Position numbers and translations under genes: made by a program
NCBI GenBank assembly: GCA_038064515.1
Contig: JBBTSY010000004.1
Location: 32,585-96,584 of the forward strand
DNA from: Patescibacteria group bacterium
Lineage (GTDB): Bacteria > Patescibacteriota > Minisyncoccia > 2-02-FULL-40-12 > GWA2-44-9
DNA length: 64,000 nt
Direction: 5' to 3'
The notes under the pieces: generated by a model
Databases searched by the model: none
What the model saw: only the letters and a program-made list of their open reading frames with translations
What the model was told of the DNA's origin: nothing
In this document: piece after piece, positions 47,687 to 57,613 of the stretch
How positions within the stretch are numbered: the stretch's first letter is position 1
Layout of the letters: each line of letters begins with the position of its first letter

Positions 47687-47803
47687 CCCGTACAAAGCAG
47701 TACAGAATCGGATATAGCTCCGTACCGGCGATTATAAAATTTACTTGGCATAGCGCAGTTTTGATTAATGAACCCGCTAAGGCTACTTTGTATGGGATTC
47801 ATT
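47684..47803 (-). promoter_or_regulatory. Conserved 5'-leader RNA element, copy B (homolog of 33139-33263)
   Basis: In mRNA sense: UAAUGAAUCCCAUACAAAGUAGCCUUAGCGGGUUC ...63 nt... CUGUACUGCUUUGUACGGGAUGAAA. The 5' end overlaps the permease stop codon and the 3' end is the ligase start. Confidence 0.5.
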
Positions 47804-48950
47804 ATTCTCGAATAAAAAGGATGAATACGATGCCGACAAGAAACATCAGCCCCAGAACATACGTCACCCACGAAGAAATGGTAAAGCTAAATTCGGGATC
47901 ACGATCGCCTTCTTGTTTGGCTTTTCTGAACATGAAGAGCAAAATGACCGCTTCAAGGCCGATGGCAACCGCGCCCACAAGACTGATAATATCAACGGCA
48001 CTTCGCAAGCCACCGACATAGAGGACAAACGGTGGCAGAACTACGAGCGCCCATGCAGTATTCCGCTTAAGACGATAGTCAAGAACAAAGATATCTCTTA
48101 GAGCCGTACCCAGCATGAGGAAAGAGGTGGCAATGGCGCAAACTCCAAAAAATGACCCCAGCAAAACAATCTTGGACCCCAAGGTCTCCATCAATCCTCG
48201 AAGCGCATCATCCGAAGTTGAAAATCCGGAAACGCCTACCACGGTGAATGTAAAAAGCAAATAGAGAAGGCCGGTAAAAATAACGGCAAATATAATGGCC
48301 GGTTTCAGTAGATACTCCTGGCCCTTAAGCATCTGGCGCTGTAACGGAATTGATGTTAGTCCCGCGAAAGCGAAAAGTAAAACGCCGTAGGGCAAGTACC
48401 AGTATGATGGTACTACTGAAAGAAAATTATTCACATCAATGTAGGGCATTCCTACGGCAAACACCGACAAAATTACCGTAACGAATAATCCGGTCAGAAA
48501 AAACTCGATAGCGGCCACGGTTTTAAATCTAAAAGGCAGGATCGAGGCAACGACAAAGAAGAAAGCGATGCTATAAAAATCGCTTCGAAAATAAAAAAAC
48601 TCCGAGAAAAGGTTATTCAAAAATCCGCCCGCATAGTGGATATACACGAGAAGCGCGCCATAGATACCGAGAGCATTGGCAAAAAAGATCAGACGCTTTG
48701 CCCACTTTCCCAGGTATTTATTAGCGTACCCTACGAGCTGATGACGGCGCGTCGTACGCAAAATAATTTCTGCGTAGATAAGGTTGAAAAGAATCGTAAC
48801 CGCTCCGATTAAAAACGCAAGGAGAACGCCGATGAGAAATCCTGACTTCGTAAATGCCAACGGAATACTGAATATGCCGACACCCACCATTGTGCCGATC
48901 AGTATCGCCGTAGCATGGAGAAATGCCTTATTCTTCAAAAGCTCCCACAT
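47802..48950 (-). CDS. Amino-acid permease, 11 TM (aromatic amino-acid/APC-like)
   Basis: 382 aa polytopic protein with a Trp/Tyr-permease-like N-terminal pattern. Confidence 0.5.
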   Translation of the reverse strand: MWELLKNKAFLHATAILIGTMVGVGIFSIPLAFTKSGFLIGVLLAFLIGAVTILFNLIYAEIILRTTRRHQLVGYANKYLGKWAKRLIFFANALGIYGALLVYIHYAGGFLNNLFSEFFYFRSDFYSIAFFFVVASILPFRFKTVAAIEFFLTGLFVTVILSVFAVGMPYIDVNNFLSVVPSYWYLPYGVLLFAFAGLTSIPLQRQMLKGQEYLLKPAIIFAVIFTGLLYLLFTFTVVGVSGFSTSDDALRGLMETLGSKIVLLGSFFGVCAIATSFLMLGTALRDIFVLDYRLKRNTAWALVVLPPFVLYVGGLRSAVDIISLVGAVAIGLEAVILLFMFRKAKQEGDRDPEFSFTISSWVTYVLGLMFLVGIVFILFIRE

Positions 48951-49337
48951 AGGATGATTCTACCACGAAAACCTTCGCTCGCTACCATCTTTTTCATCAC
49001 AACTGCCTCGGTATTTGGAAAGGTTCGCTCGTCTCATCTACACCTCCGTTCCACCTAGTAAAGAAGCTTCCATAAGGAAGCTTCTTTACGTCGAAGCACC
49101 ACTTCGGCTATTCGACTTCGCTTATTTCATCAAATACCTCGCGAAGTGATTCAGAAGACGGGAGCTCGCTTATTTAGTTAGCGGAAAATCAGGCAAATGT
49201 TCTAGACGCATTTAAGAGGTCGAAAGTTCGTTCTGCAACCAGAGTAAATAGAGCGAGGCTGTGCTGTGAGAAAGCATTTCGCAGTCCGAACGGGCATGGT
49301 GTCCCGCTATGGCGGGACGAGTGAGGACGAGAATAGG
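48951..49337 (-). other. About 390 nt structured non-coding leader between lon and the permease gene
   Basis: No credible ORF. Perfect 14 bp palindrome GTAAAGAAGCTTCC-ATAA-GGAAGCTTCTTTAC at 49055-49086, plus several 6-7 bp hairpins. Confidence 0.4.
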
Positions 49338-49361
49338 ACAAATCCCCCGCTGGGGGGATTT
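49338..49361 (-). terminator. lon terminator hairpin
   Basis: AAATCCCCC-gctg-GGGGGATTT followed by a U-rich tail in minus sense. Confidence 0.7.
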
Positions 49362-49393
49362 GATCCGTGGTTTCGAATGGCATAGCCGAGCGG

Positions 49394-51727
49394 CTATTTC
49401 AGCGCGACTTTCAATACGTCGTCCATTGTCTTAGCAAACATGAACTTGATATCTTTTTTCACTTCTTTAGGAATCTCGTCGAGGTCTTTTTTGTTTTCGA
49501 ATGGCAAAATGATTGTCTTGATGCCAGCGCGATGAGCGGCGAGCACTTTTTCATTAATGCCGCCAATTTCCATAACTTTGCCGCGCAGGGTGATTTCTCC
49601 GGTCATAGCCACTTCTTTCTTGACCGGCATATCTAGAAAAAGAGAAACGAGTGAAGTAGTAATAGCAGTGCCGGCGGAAGGCCCGTCTTTCTTTACGGCA
49701 CCCATCGGCACATGAATATGAATATCGTGCTTGGCAAACTCTTCTTCAACGCCTTTTTTCGCTACCCAGGCGCGAGCAAAACTCAATGCCGCCTGCGCAG
49801 ATTCCTTCATCACCAAACCAAGCTGACCCGTAAGGATAAGGTGGCCCTTTCCGGGCATTCTGGAAGTTTCAATCGTGAGCACTTCGCCGCCGACGGGAGT
49901 CCAAGCAAGGCCCATCACAACGCCGATCTCATCTTTCGTGTGCGCAACCTGGTGCGTAATTTTGGCCGGGCCGAGATATTTATGAATGGCTTCTTTAATG
50001 ACTATAATCGTTTTAATTGAAGGTGATTCCACGAGCTTTCTTGTCACTTTTCGAATGATGGTTCCAAGCTGGCGTTCAAGGTCCCGAACACCCGCTTCCC
50101 GCGTATGATGCCGCACAACGTCCATTACGGCCGAATTTTTAATCGTCAAGGATTTCTTCGCCAAGCCATGCTCTCGCAAGAGTTTTGGGATAATAAAATC
50201 TTCGGCAATTTTTACTTTCTCTTGTTCGGCATAGCCAGGAAATTCAATGATTTCCAAACGATCGCGCAACGCGGGAGGAATCGTTTCCAAAGTATTGGCC
50301 GTCGTAACAAACATCACATCCGATAGATCGAATGGAACTTCAAGGTAGTGATCTGAAAATGCTTGGTTTTGGGCGGGATCGAGCGCTTCTAAGAGAGCGG
50401 CAGATGGATCGCCTCGAAAATCCATACCAATCTTATCAATTTCATCGAGCATAAAGACTGGATTTTTCACTTTCGAAGTATGGATGCCTTGGATAATACG
50501 TCCTGGCAAAGCGCCAACATAAGTTCGGCGATGGCCGCGGATTTCAGCTTCATCCCGCAAGCCACCGAGGGACATTCGAACAAACTTGCGGCCTAATGCC
50601 CTGGCGATGGATTGTCCGATGGAAGTCTTGCCGACTCCCGGAGGCCCCACAAAACACAAAATAGGACCGCGCAACTTGTTCATCTGCTTTTTCACGGCTA
50701 GATATTCAATGATGCGTTCCTTAACTTTTTTCAAACCATGGTGATCCTGGTCAAGCACTTTCTGCGCTTCTTTTAAATCAATGCGCTCTTTAGTCTTATC
50801 GCTCCACGGTAATTCAACAAGCCAGTCAAGGTAGCTTCGAAGGTAGGAAACTTCAGGGCTGAAATTGGGCATTTTACTCAAGCGGTTAAGCTCCTTTATT
50901 GCTTTTTCTTCGGTCTCTTTGGGCATGCCTGCGGTTGTGATTTTTTTTCTTAAAACATCGTATTCCGCCTGCTCATCTTCTACGCCAAGCTCTTTCTCGA
51001 TGCTTTTAAGCTGTTCGCGAAGGAATAACTCCTTTTGCATCTTACCAATCTTTTTCTTTGTTTCCTTCATTAAGTCCTTTTCAGCTTCGACGATATCGAG
51101 TTCGCGAGTCAGGGTAATATTAAGCTGTTCTAAAACCTGCTTCACATTGATGGTTTCCAAAATATGCTGTTGATCCTGAACTTCCAGATTTAAATTAGCG
51201 GCAATTAAGCTGATAATCTGTTCGGGATCCTTTAGTTGTGACATCATATAGATCACTTCTGGTAGAATTGCCGGGAATGAGCGGATCTCGGAAATCTTTC
51301 GGAATTGATCAATGACGCGGCGCATTAGAACTTTTTCCTCTATATCATCTTCATGGGCATGAAGTGTTACCGGGCTTGCCTTCACGTTGAAAAACTGGCC
51401 GTGATCATCAAGCTTAACAATGTCCGCACGAACGATGCCTTCGACGTCGATCTTTGAAGATCCGTCGGGCAATTTAAAAACGGAGATGACACGGCCAATA
51501 GTGCCAATGCGAAATAGATCCTGCTCATTGACTTCGTCTTCGATATTTTTTTGCGTAGCAAAAAATATGAGGTTGTTGCGAAGCATGGCCGCATCAAGAG
51601 CATTTATGGATTTAGGCCGCTGGACGATAAGCGGCATGACAATTTTCGGGAATAAAACCGTATTCTTTAAGGCAATAAGTGGCAGGTCCTCGGGAATGGT
51701 TAAATTGTTGACTTTGTAACTTGACAT
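49394..51727 (-). CDS. lon: ATP-dependent protease Lon
   Basis: LON N-domain, GPPGVGKTS and the catalytic PKDGPSAG. Confidence 0.95.
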   Translation of the reverse strand: MSSYKVNNLTIPEDLPLIALKNTVLFPKIVMPLIVQRPKSINALDAAMLRNNLIFFATQKNIEDEVNEQDLFRIGTIGRVISVFKLPDGSSKIDVEGIVRADIVKLDDHGQFFNVKASPVTLHAHEDDIEEKVLMRRVIDQFRKISEIRSFPAILPEVIYMMSQLKDPEQIISLIAANLNLEVQDQQHILETINVKQVLEQLNITLTRELDIVEAEKDLMKETKKKIGKMQKELFLREQLKSIEKELGVEDEQAEYDVLRKKITTAGMPKETEEKAIKELNRLSKMPNFSPEVSYLRSYLDWLVELPWSDKTKERIDLKEAQKVLDQDHHGLKKVKERIIEYLAVKKQMNKLRGPILCFVGPPGVGKTSIGQSIARALGRKFVRMSLGGLRDEAEIRGHRRTYVGALPGRIIQGIHTSKVKNPVFMLDEIDKIGMDFRGDPSAALLEALDPAQNQAFSDHYLEVPFDLSDVMFVTTANTLETIPPALRDRLEIIEFPGYAEQEKVKIAEDFIIPKLLREHGLAKKSLTIKNSAVMDVVRHHTREAGVRDLERQLGTIIRKVTRKLVESPSIKTIIVIKEAIHKYLGPAKITHQVAHTKDEIGVVMGLAWTPVGGEVLTIETSRMPGKGHLILTGQLGLVMKESAQAALSFARAWVAKKGVEEEFAKHDIHIHVPMGAVKKDGPSAGTAITTSLVSLFLDMPVKKEVAMTGEITLRGKVMEIGGINEKVLAAHRAGIKTIILPFENKKDLDEIPKEVKKDIKFMFAKTMDDVLKVALK

Positions 51728-51775
51728 CGGTGTTAGGATTATATCTTAAATTCAAAAAAAATCAATCCATACCTT

Positions 51776-53143
51776 TTATAGCTCGGCAATAAAGCCGGGA
51801 GAAGGTACGCTAGCTTTGACGCTTACGTCGGTCGTTATTTTTCGGGCTAAAGATTCCGCGACCTCCGCTTCTCCCTGAACCACGAAAACCTGCTTAATCC
51901 CCCTTCCTTCATTGCTCTTGGTAATGAATTTTATTAATCCATCTTGGTCCGCATGAGCAGAATATCCTCCGATAGCTTTTACTTGGCAATGAACAGGAAC
52001 TTTTTGGCCCAAAACTGTTACTTCCGGTTCTCCGTCAAGGATTCTTCTCCCCAGACTTCCTTCTACCTGATACCCTATGAATAAAATGGTGTTATCGCGG
52101 CCGCTTAGATATCTGGATTCGTGATGAATAATCCTGCCTCCTTGAGACATTCCTGATCCCGCAACGATGATTTTGGGCGCCTCAACATCATTGATACGTT
52201 TAGAATCATTGACCGTAGGAGTGAATGTCAGCCATGGAAATTGAAATAATCCGCCATGCTCTTTCAAAATACTTAATGCCACGGCATTAAAATAATGCGA
52301 AAAGCGGCCGTAGGCTTGAGTCATTTTAATAGCAAGCGGACTGTCTAAATACACGGGTACTGGCGGGATGCGCTTTTGTTCTATGAGAATATCAATTTCG
52401 AGGAGCAGTTCCTGTATTCTTTCAACAGCAAACGCGGGAACCATTAAGACGCCGCGGCGGTGTATCGTATCTGTGATAACCCCTTGAAGGATATCACGGC
52501 GGATAGCGCGATCTTCATGAATGCGGTTGCCATACGCCGATTCGATAATGGCATAATCGGCATCTTTTACATAATCGATCGGATTCAGGAGTGGTGCCGG
52601 CGGATTTCCTAAATCTCCCGAAAACACGATTCGTTTTGACGCGACGCCTTCTTGGACTACGATTTCCACGATAGCCGAGCCGAGGATATGGCTTCCTTCG
52701 TGAAATGTGAGCATAACTCGATCATTCAGGCGGATTGGTCTGGCATACGGCATGCCCCGCACCAGGGTCATTGATTCATCCAAATCGTTCTGCCTATACA
52801 AGGGCGGATGGCCCATGCCTTTAGCTTCTTCTTCAATCCGTTCCAGAGTATCTTCAAGCGCAATCGGCATCAATGCCTGCGTAGGTTCAGTCGTGATAAT
52901 CTGTCCCCTGAATCCGTCGCGATAGAGCTTCGGAACACGGCCAATGTGGTCGGCGTGTGTGTGAGTGATGAGAAGATAATCAATGTCGGCCGGATCATAG
53001 GCAAAGGGATGATAATTGAGCTCTTCACTGAATCGGCTTCCCTGAAACAAGCCGCAATCAACAAGAATCTTTAAATCATCTGCCTCCAGCAAATAATTAG
53101 CTCCGGTGACGGATTTTGCTCCACCATAAAAATGTAGGCGCAT
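51776..53143 (-). CDS. MBL-fold beta-CASP ribonuclease (RNase J/CPSF-like)
   Basis: HTHADH motif and a beta-CASP region. I place the start at MRLHFYGG to avoid a 46 nt overlap. Confidence 0.75.
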   Translation of the reverse strand: MRLHFYGGAKSVTGANYLLEADDLKILVDCGLFQGSRFSEELNYHPFAYDPADIDYLLITHTHADHIGRVPKLYRDGFRGQIITTEPTQALMPIALEDTLERIEEEAKGMGHPPLYRQNDLDESMTLVRGMPYARPIRLNDRVMLTFHEGSHILGSAIVEIVVQEGVASKRIVFSGDLGNPPAPLLNPIDYVKDADYAIIESAYGNRIHEDRAIRRDILQGVITDTIHRRGVLMVPAFAVERIQELLLEIDILIEQKRIPPVPVYLDSPLAIKMTQAYGRFSHYFNAVALSILKEHGGLFQFPWLTFTPTVNDSKRINDVEAPKIIVAGSGMSQGGRIIHHESRYLSGRDNTILFIGYQVEGSLGRRILDGEPEVTVLGQKVPVHCQVKAIGGYSAHADQDGLIKFITKSNEGRGIKQVFVVQGEAEVAESLARKITTDVSVKASVPSPGFIAEL

Positions 53144-53144
53144 T

Positions 53145-53972
53145 TTAGAGAAAGATGGATATAAAATATCCGAGGATGCTTGCCGTGGCAATCGGCGGCA
53201 AGGCGGCCATCGCCTGGCGCTGGCCTTGATTAACGAAAAGGAGGTGCGTCACAAAAAGTCCCGCTGCGGAGAAACCGGCCACGATGAACGCGCTTGTCAA
53301 TGATGTCGTCACGAGCGATGCCGCAAACATGATTGGCAGACCGATATCGCCCGAGCCAAGAATCATACATCGGTCACGAAAATTATTATTACCGATCCGC
53401 ATTAAAAAATCGCGATACTGAATAGGAATCAAAAAGCCGAAGATCGCGCCGCTCTGAACCATATTCTCTGCTAAACGCACCATATGTTTAGTCTTATATA
53501 CGGAAATAATATCGTAAATGGAAAGCGCTGAAATAATTAAAAGCGCGGCAATGGGAGTCACGCTTAATCCTAATAGGGCCGCAATGCCCGCGATACCCAG
53601 GATGATGCCGATATTGTGCGTAAGAATTGTTTTAATCAACATCATCATTGCCGCCAAAGAAAGCGCGGCAAGAATATCCCATGGGGATGTTAAAAAGGAA
53701 GCAAAAAAGAGCTGTGAGCCGGAAACCGTGATTAAGATCAGAAAAATTTTAAAGGAAACGGCGGCAACGCGCTTAAACTTGGAAAGAATAAACGAGAACA
53801 AAAGAAACGAAATGATAATGAGGAAGAGATTCGGCCAAGAAAACTGCAACGGTTCCACGATAATCGTATCGGGAGCATAAGAGCCATAATGATAGGCCAC
53901 AAAGAGCCCCACACTCATCGCCGCCGCGAAAAGTAGAAGTTCTTTTAAAAAAAGAGAGAGTTTATAATTCAA
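53145..53972 (-). CDS. Presenilin/signal-peptide-peptidase-like intramembrane aspartyl protease (A22)
   Basis: SIYDIISV (YD), ILGSGDIGLP (GxGD) and a LPPIATA PAL-like motif. About 8 TM helices. Confidence 0.6.
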   Translation of the reverse strand: MNYKLSLFLKELLLFAAAMSVGLFVAYHYGSYAPDTIIVEPLQFSWPNLFLIIISFLLFSFILSKFKRVAAVSFKIFLILITVSGSQLFFASFLTSPWDILAALSLAAMMMLIKTILTHNIGIILGIAGIAALLGLSVTPIAALLIISALSIYDIISVYKTKHMVRLAENMVQSGAIFGFLIPIQYRDFLMRIGNNNFRDRCMILGSGDIGLPIMFAASLVTTSLTSAFIVAGFSAAGLFVTHLLFVNQGQRQAMAALPPIATASILGYFISIFL

Positions 53973-53975
53973 TAT

Positions 53976-54254
53976 TTATTGATTCCACGGATGAGAGGGA
54001 TAATTACTTAAAAGCCATCCGTACCCCTCCCCTTTAGGAATTCTTACGCTGTTCAAACGCATCCAAGTATCCATGGCCAATCGCTGAGTCGGCGTAATTC
54101 TTTGTACCTGTGTATCTTGCGCAGTCTGAACTATGAGCTCTGAATCAAAGTTCTTCAATGAGATAAAAATCAATGAAACACAGAAACCAGTAAATAGAAA
54201 TATGAAGGCTCCTCCTATGTACGACTCGACTTGAAATGTCAGTGGATTTCTCAT
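53976..54254 (-). CDS. Hypothetical small membrane protein
   Basis: ORF only. Confidence 0.3.
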   Translation of the reverse strand: MRNPLTFQVESYIGGAFIFLFTGFCVSLIFISLKNFDSELIVQTAQDTQVQRITPTQRLAMDTWMRLNSVRIPKGEGYGWLLSNYPSHPWNQ

Positions 54255-54261
54255 GCGGTAA

Positions 54262-54741
54262 CTATCGAACCATTATCGTTCCCGTCTCGTTAATGTTTCT
54301 CTCATTATGATATCCGAAAATACCCTTCGTAGCAAAAGTGAAACCAAAAGTACTGCCCGGCTGGACGTCGCCAATGCTATCAAATCCTGCGACATTATTG
54401 TGCTCGGGATGAGGATCCGAAACTACATATATCGAAAAGAGGCCATCGTTGCGGAAACGAACCGTATCTCCCGCATGAATGCGAAGATTAGTCGGGCTAA
54501 ACACTCCTACCCGATATGATACGGTATACATGCGAGGCTGGCGGGATTCAGTCGGTGTAGGCGATTGCGAACTATCAGTCACGGCTTCGCCCGAACTGTT
54601 TTTTGAACCGAAAATGCTTACGGCAAAAGCCATCAAAATAAGAACAAGGATGATAAGAATCCAAAACGTACCGGTATCACTTAGAGTGTTTAATCGTTCT
54701 TCTTCCTTTCGAGCAAGTTGAGGAATATAATCCGGGTCCAT
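54262..54741 (-). CDS. Hypothetical membrane-anchored protein, possibly with a cupredoxin-like beta-sandwich
   Basis: TM anchor, an ST-rich linker and IHAGDTVRFRNDG...GYHNE. Confidence 0.3.
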   Translation of the reverse strand: MDPDYIPQLARKEEERLNTLSDTGTFWILIILVLILMAFAVSIFGSKNSSGEAVTDSSQSPTPTESRQPRMYTVSYRVGVFSPTNLRIHAGDTVRFRNDGLFSIYVVSDPHPEHNNVAGFDSIGDVQPGSTFGFTFATKGIFGYHNERNINETGTIMVR

Positions 54742-54790
54742 TTATACGCATCTTAGTATAATAAAAAAGAGACTGCAACGAGCCGAGCGG

Positions 54791-56071
54791 TTATTTCTTG
54801 AGAGCGTCGAGAACTACTCTTCGATCGGACCAAGGAATCTTTTTTCCGCCGGCAACAGCAAGCGTTGTCTCCGAGCCCTTCCCGGTGATGACGACGATAT
54901 CGCCGTCTTGAGCGCGACGAATCGCGGCGCCGATGGCCTGTTCGCGATCCATAATATACCGTATCTTCGATAGATTTTTTATGCCTTTTGCTACTTCGTT
55001 GAGAATCTTCTCCGGATCTTCTTCGTAAGGATCTTCATTTGTTAAAATAATTTCCCGGCAATACTGATCGGCAATGCGTCCAAACTCCGGCCGCTTCCAG
55101 GTATCGCGGCCGCCACCGGCGGCGCCCAAGACGCAAATCAGCTTTTTCTCCCCGGGAAGCTCGCGCGAAAGCGCGCCGTACGCCGCCTCTAAGGAATCGG
55201 GCGTATGGGCATAATCAACCACAACGCTGAATGGTTTTTTCTGTACAAATTCCATGCGACCGGGAATATTATTAATGGATTCCAGAGCCGGTTGGGCGGT
55301 AGGCAGGTCGACGCCATACATCGCTCCCACGGAAAGAGCCGCTAATGCGTTATAAATATTAAATTTTCCCCCAAAATGTAGTGTGAATGACGTAGAGTAT
55401 AGATCAAAGAATGATACATCTAAGCTCAACTTTATATTGATCGCCCGCATCTCGCCGCGTTCTAAACCGTAGAATATCTTCTTGTGCGCCAAAAAATTCC
55501 CGAAAGATTCCGCGTGGGGATCATCGACATTAATAACATGAATGTTGCTCGTCCGCTTAAAGAGCTCCTGCTTCGCTTTTAAATAATTCTCGAATGAGCC
55601 ATGTGCTTCAATGTGCTCTTTGTGGAGATTGGTAAAAACCGCGCAGTCGAAATCAATACCGAGGTGGCGTTTTTGCCTGATGCCCTCGGACGTAACTTCC
55701 AACACTACGTGCGTGCATCCGGCTTTTTTTGCTTTGGACAAAAATTTCTGCAATCGGAACCGACCAGGCATTGTCATCTTCAGCGTGTTGGGCCATTCCT
55801 TATCTTTGATCTTATAGCCCAACGATCCGATAGCCGCCACCTGGTGGCCTCCTGCTTCAAGAACTTTGGAAATTAGGTAGACAGTCGTAGATTTACCCTT
55901 TGTTCCCGTCACACCGATCACTTTCATCGATTTCGAAGGAAAGCCGTATATAATGGCTCCGGTATGGGAAAGAAGGGTGTGGTAGTGTGGCTGAAAAAAA
56001 GCAAAAACAGACTTCGGAATGAGCTTTCGGATGTAATACAGAATTTTATCGAAGATAGTTTCTTGAAGCAT
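54791..56071 (-). CDS. Mur ligase family (MurE/MurF-type)
   Basis: GVTGTKGKSTT P-loop and a Mur ligase middle/C-terminal domain pattern. Confidence 0.7.
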   Translation of the reverse strand: MLQETIFDKILYYIRKLIPKSVFAFFQPHYHTLLSHTGAIIYGFPSKSMKVIGVTGTKGKSTTVYLISKVLEAGGHQVAAIGSLGYKIKDKEWPNTLKMTMPGRFRLQKFLSKAKKAGCTHVVLEVTSEGIRQKRHLGIDFDCAVFTNLHKEHIEAHGSFENYLKAKQELFKRTSNIHVINVDDPHAESFGNFLAHKKIFYGLERGEMRAINIKLSLDVSFFDLYSTSFTLHFGGKFNIYNALAALSVGAMYGVDLPTAQPALESINNIPGRMEFVQKKPFSVVVDYAHTPDSLEAAYGALSRELPGEKKLICVLGAAGGGRDTWKRPEFGRIADQYCREIILTNEDPYEEDPEKILNEVAKGIKNLSKIRYIMDREQAIGAAIRRAQDGDIVVITGKGSETTLAVAGGKKIPWSDRRVVLDALKK

Positions 56072-56979
56072 CAGCGGATTTTTCTTGCCAGATTGTAGAT
56101 GAAATACCAGAATTTTGAAATAGGCAGGTCAAATGAGCCGGGATATTCAATTGTTTGTCCTCCAAAACCGAGCTTAAAGCGAGTTACGCCCGGCCAGCGT
56201 TGAGCATCAATGCCCCAAAAGTCATAGAAAAGAAAGCCAAGAGCTTTCAAGTGCTTGATGATATCCCAATGAAGGGCGTACGGCGCCATTAAGTTTCGAA
56301 AATCGTGATCTGAAGCCCCGTGCAGATAATAACTAGTATCATCGCACATAAGTATTATCGCTCCCGCGACCGGAGTTTTTCCATGGTAAGCAATTAGGAG
56401 ATTGGTTTTAAGCCGGCCGTCTAGTGTCAGCAACTTTTGATAGTATTTCTTTTCGTGAGCATAGAACTTATCGTGAGTCGTCGTTTTCTTGAGTAAATTC
56501 CAAAATATTTCTATGTCATCGCTTAATTGCACCCTGATGTCATGATTCTGGGCAAGCTTAATATTGTAGCGTGTCTTGTGATGCATTTGAGATAATAGGA
56601 CATCCTCTTGCAACGCAAGATTAAGCGCCACTGTCTTGTGCGGTTGGATATGCTTCTTGGACTTTCGCAAGCCGAAGTCAAAGATGAGTTCGGTTATCGT
56701 ATCGGAAAGCGGTTCTATTTTCACAAAAATAGATTTCTGTTCCCGAGCAAGCTCCCGAAGATATTTGAAAAAGAATCCGATCTCATGCTTGAGGCCGCCT
56801 TCAATTCCATCAAATTGAATCGTTGGGCCATGCGGAATGTACAAATAATTTTTACCGAACGGCAGATCATGCCGGATGATATTGGCGCCGATCTTTCCGT
56901 TGTCGAATCTAAACGTCTTTCTGCCTACGGCAGTTTGGAACTCCAGCCATTCATCGGTTTGTAAAAATGATTTACGCAT
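56071..56979 (-). CDS. FemAB-family peptidoglycan interpeptide-bridge aminoacyltransferase
   Basis: FemAB pattern (tandem GNAT-like fold, YYLHGAS). Confidence 0.7.
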   Translation of the reverse strand: MRKSFLQTDEWLEFQTAVGRKTFRFDNGKIGANIIRHDLPFGKNYLYIPHGPTIQFDGIEGGLKHEIGFFFKYLRELAREQKSIFVKIEPLSDTITELIFDFGLRKSKKHIQPHKTVALNLALQEDVLLSQMHHKTRYNIKLAQNHDIRVQLSDDIEIFWNLLKKTTTHDKFYAHEKKYYQKLLTLDGRLKTNLLIAYHGKTPVAGAIILMCDDTSYYLHGASDHDFRNLMAPYALHWDIIKHLKALGFLFYDFWGIDAQRWPGVTRFKLGFGGQTIEYPGSFDLPISKFWYFIYNLARKIR

Positions 56980-56980
56980 A

Positions 56981-57565
56981 CTATTTCTTATTAAGAATCT
57001 GCAACGCTTCTTTCACGCGATCATGGAGGTTGTTGGTTTTCTTTACTTCCTTGAGTGCATCATGCGCTTGAGTCTGACTGTATCCCAGCGCCAGAAGAGC
57101 TTCGAGCGCTTGCGATTCCTGGCCCAGATCTATACCAGCCATGTCACCCATATCCAGATGGTCTACCTTGTTTTTCAGTTCCAAAATGAGGCGCTGGGCG
57201 GTTTTGGGGCCCAGGCCAGAAATCTTTTTGAGATAGGAGGCGTCATCATTCATTACGGCTGCTTTTAGGTGCCTCGCTTCGATTGAGGCAAGAATATTCA
57301 TGGCATTTTTTGAGCCGATTCCCTGTACCGAAGTAAGGAGATTGAACAGGTCAAGACCTTCCTTGGTGTCAAAGCCATACATATCAAAAGTACCTTCGCG
57401 AAGGTTCATTTGGGAGTGTAAAAATAGCTTGACTTTGCCCTCAGATTTTGCTAAACTATCTAGCGTTTTGGGAACAATATGGACCTTATATCCAACGCCA
57501 CCCGCATTCACGATTACAAATCGATCTCCGCGATATTCAATAGTACCTTCCACGAAGCTAATCAT
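56981..57565 (-). CDS. ruvA: Holliday-junction branch-migration protein RuvA
   Basis: OB domain, two HhH motifs and a C-terminal domain III. Confidence 0.85.
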   Translation of the reverse strand: MISFVEGTIEYRGDRFVIVNAGGVGYKVHIVPKTLDSLAKSEGKVKLFLHSQMNLREGTFDMYGFDTKEGLDLFNLLTSVQGIGSKNAMNILASIEARHLKAAVMNDDASYLKKISGLGPKTAQRLILELKNKVDHLDMGDMAGIDLGQESQALEALLALGYSQTQAHDALKEVKKTNNLHDRVKEALQILNKK

Positions 57566-57613
57566 GCCCCTACGATAGCATAAAGGGGCTAAAAACGTAA
57601 ACTTTTACCCTAA

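Noticed and set aside
48951-49393. T-box leader, tmRNA or RNase P RNA
   Set aside because: There is a GUGGUGC segment weakly like the T-box UGGN bulge, but no specifier or AG-box/GNUGNA features. The GGAAAGGUUCGCUCG resemblance to P4 is not supported by a 3' partner. It is reported only as a structured leader.
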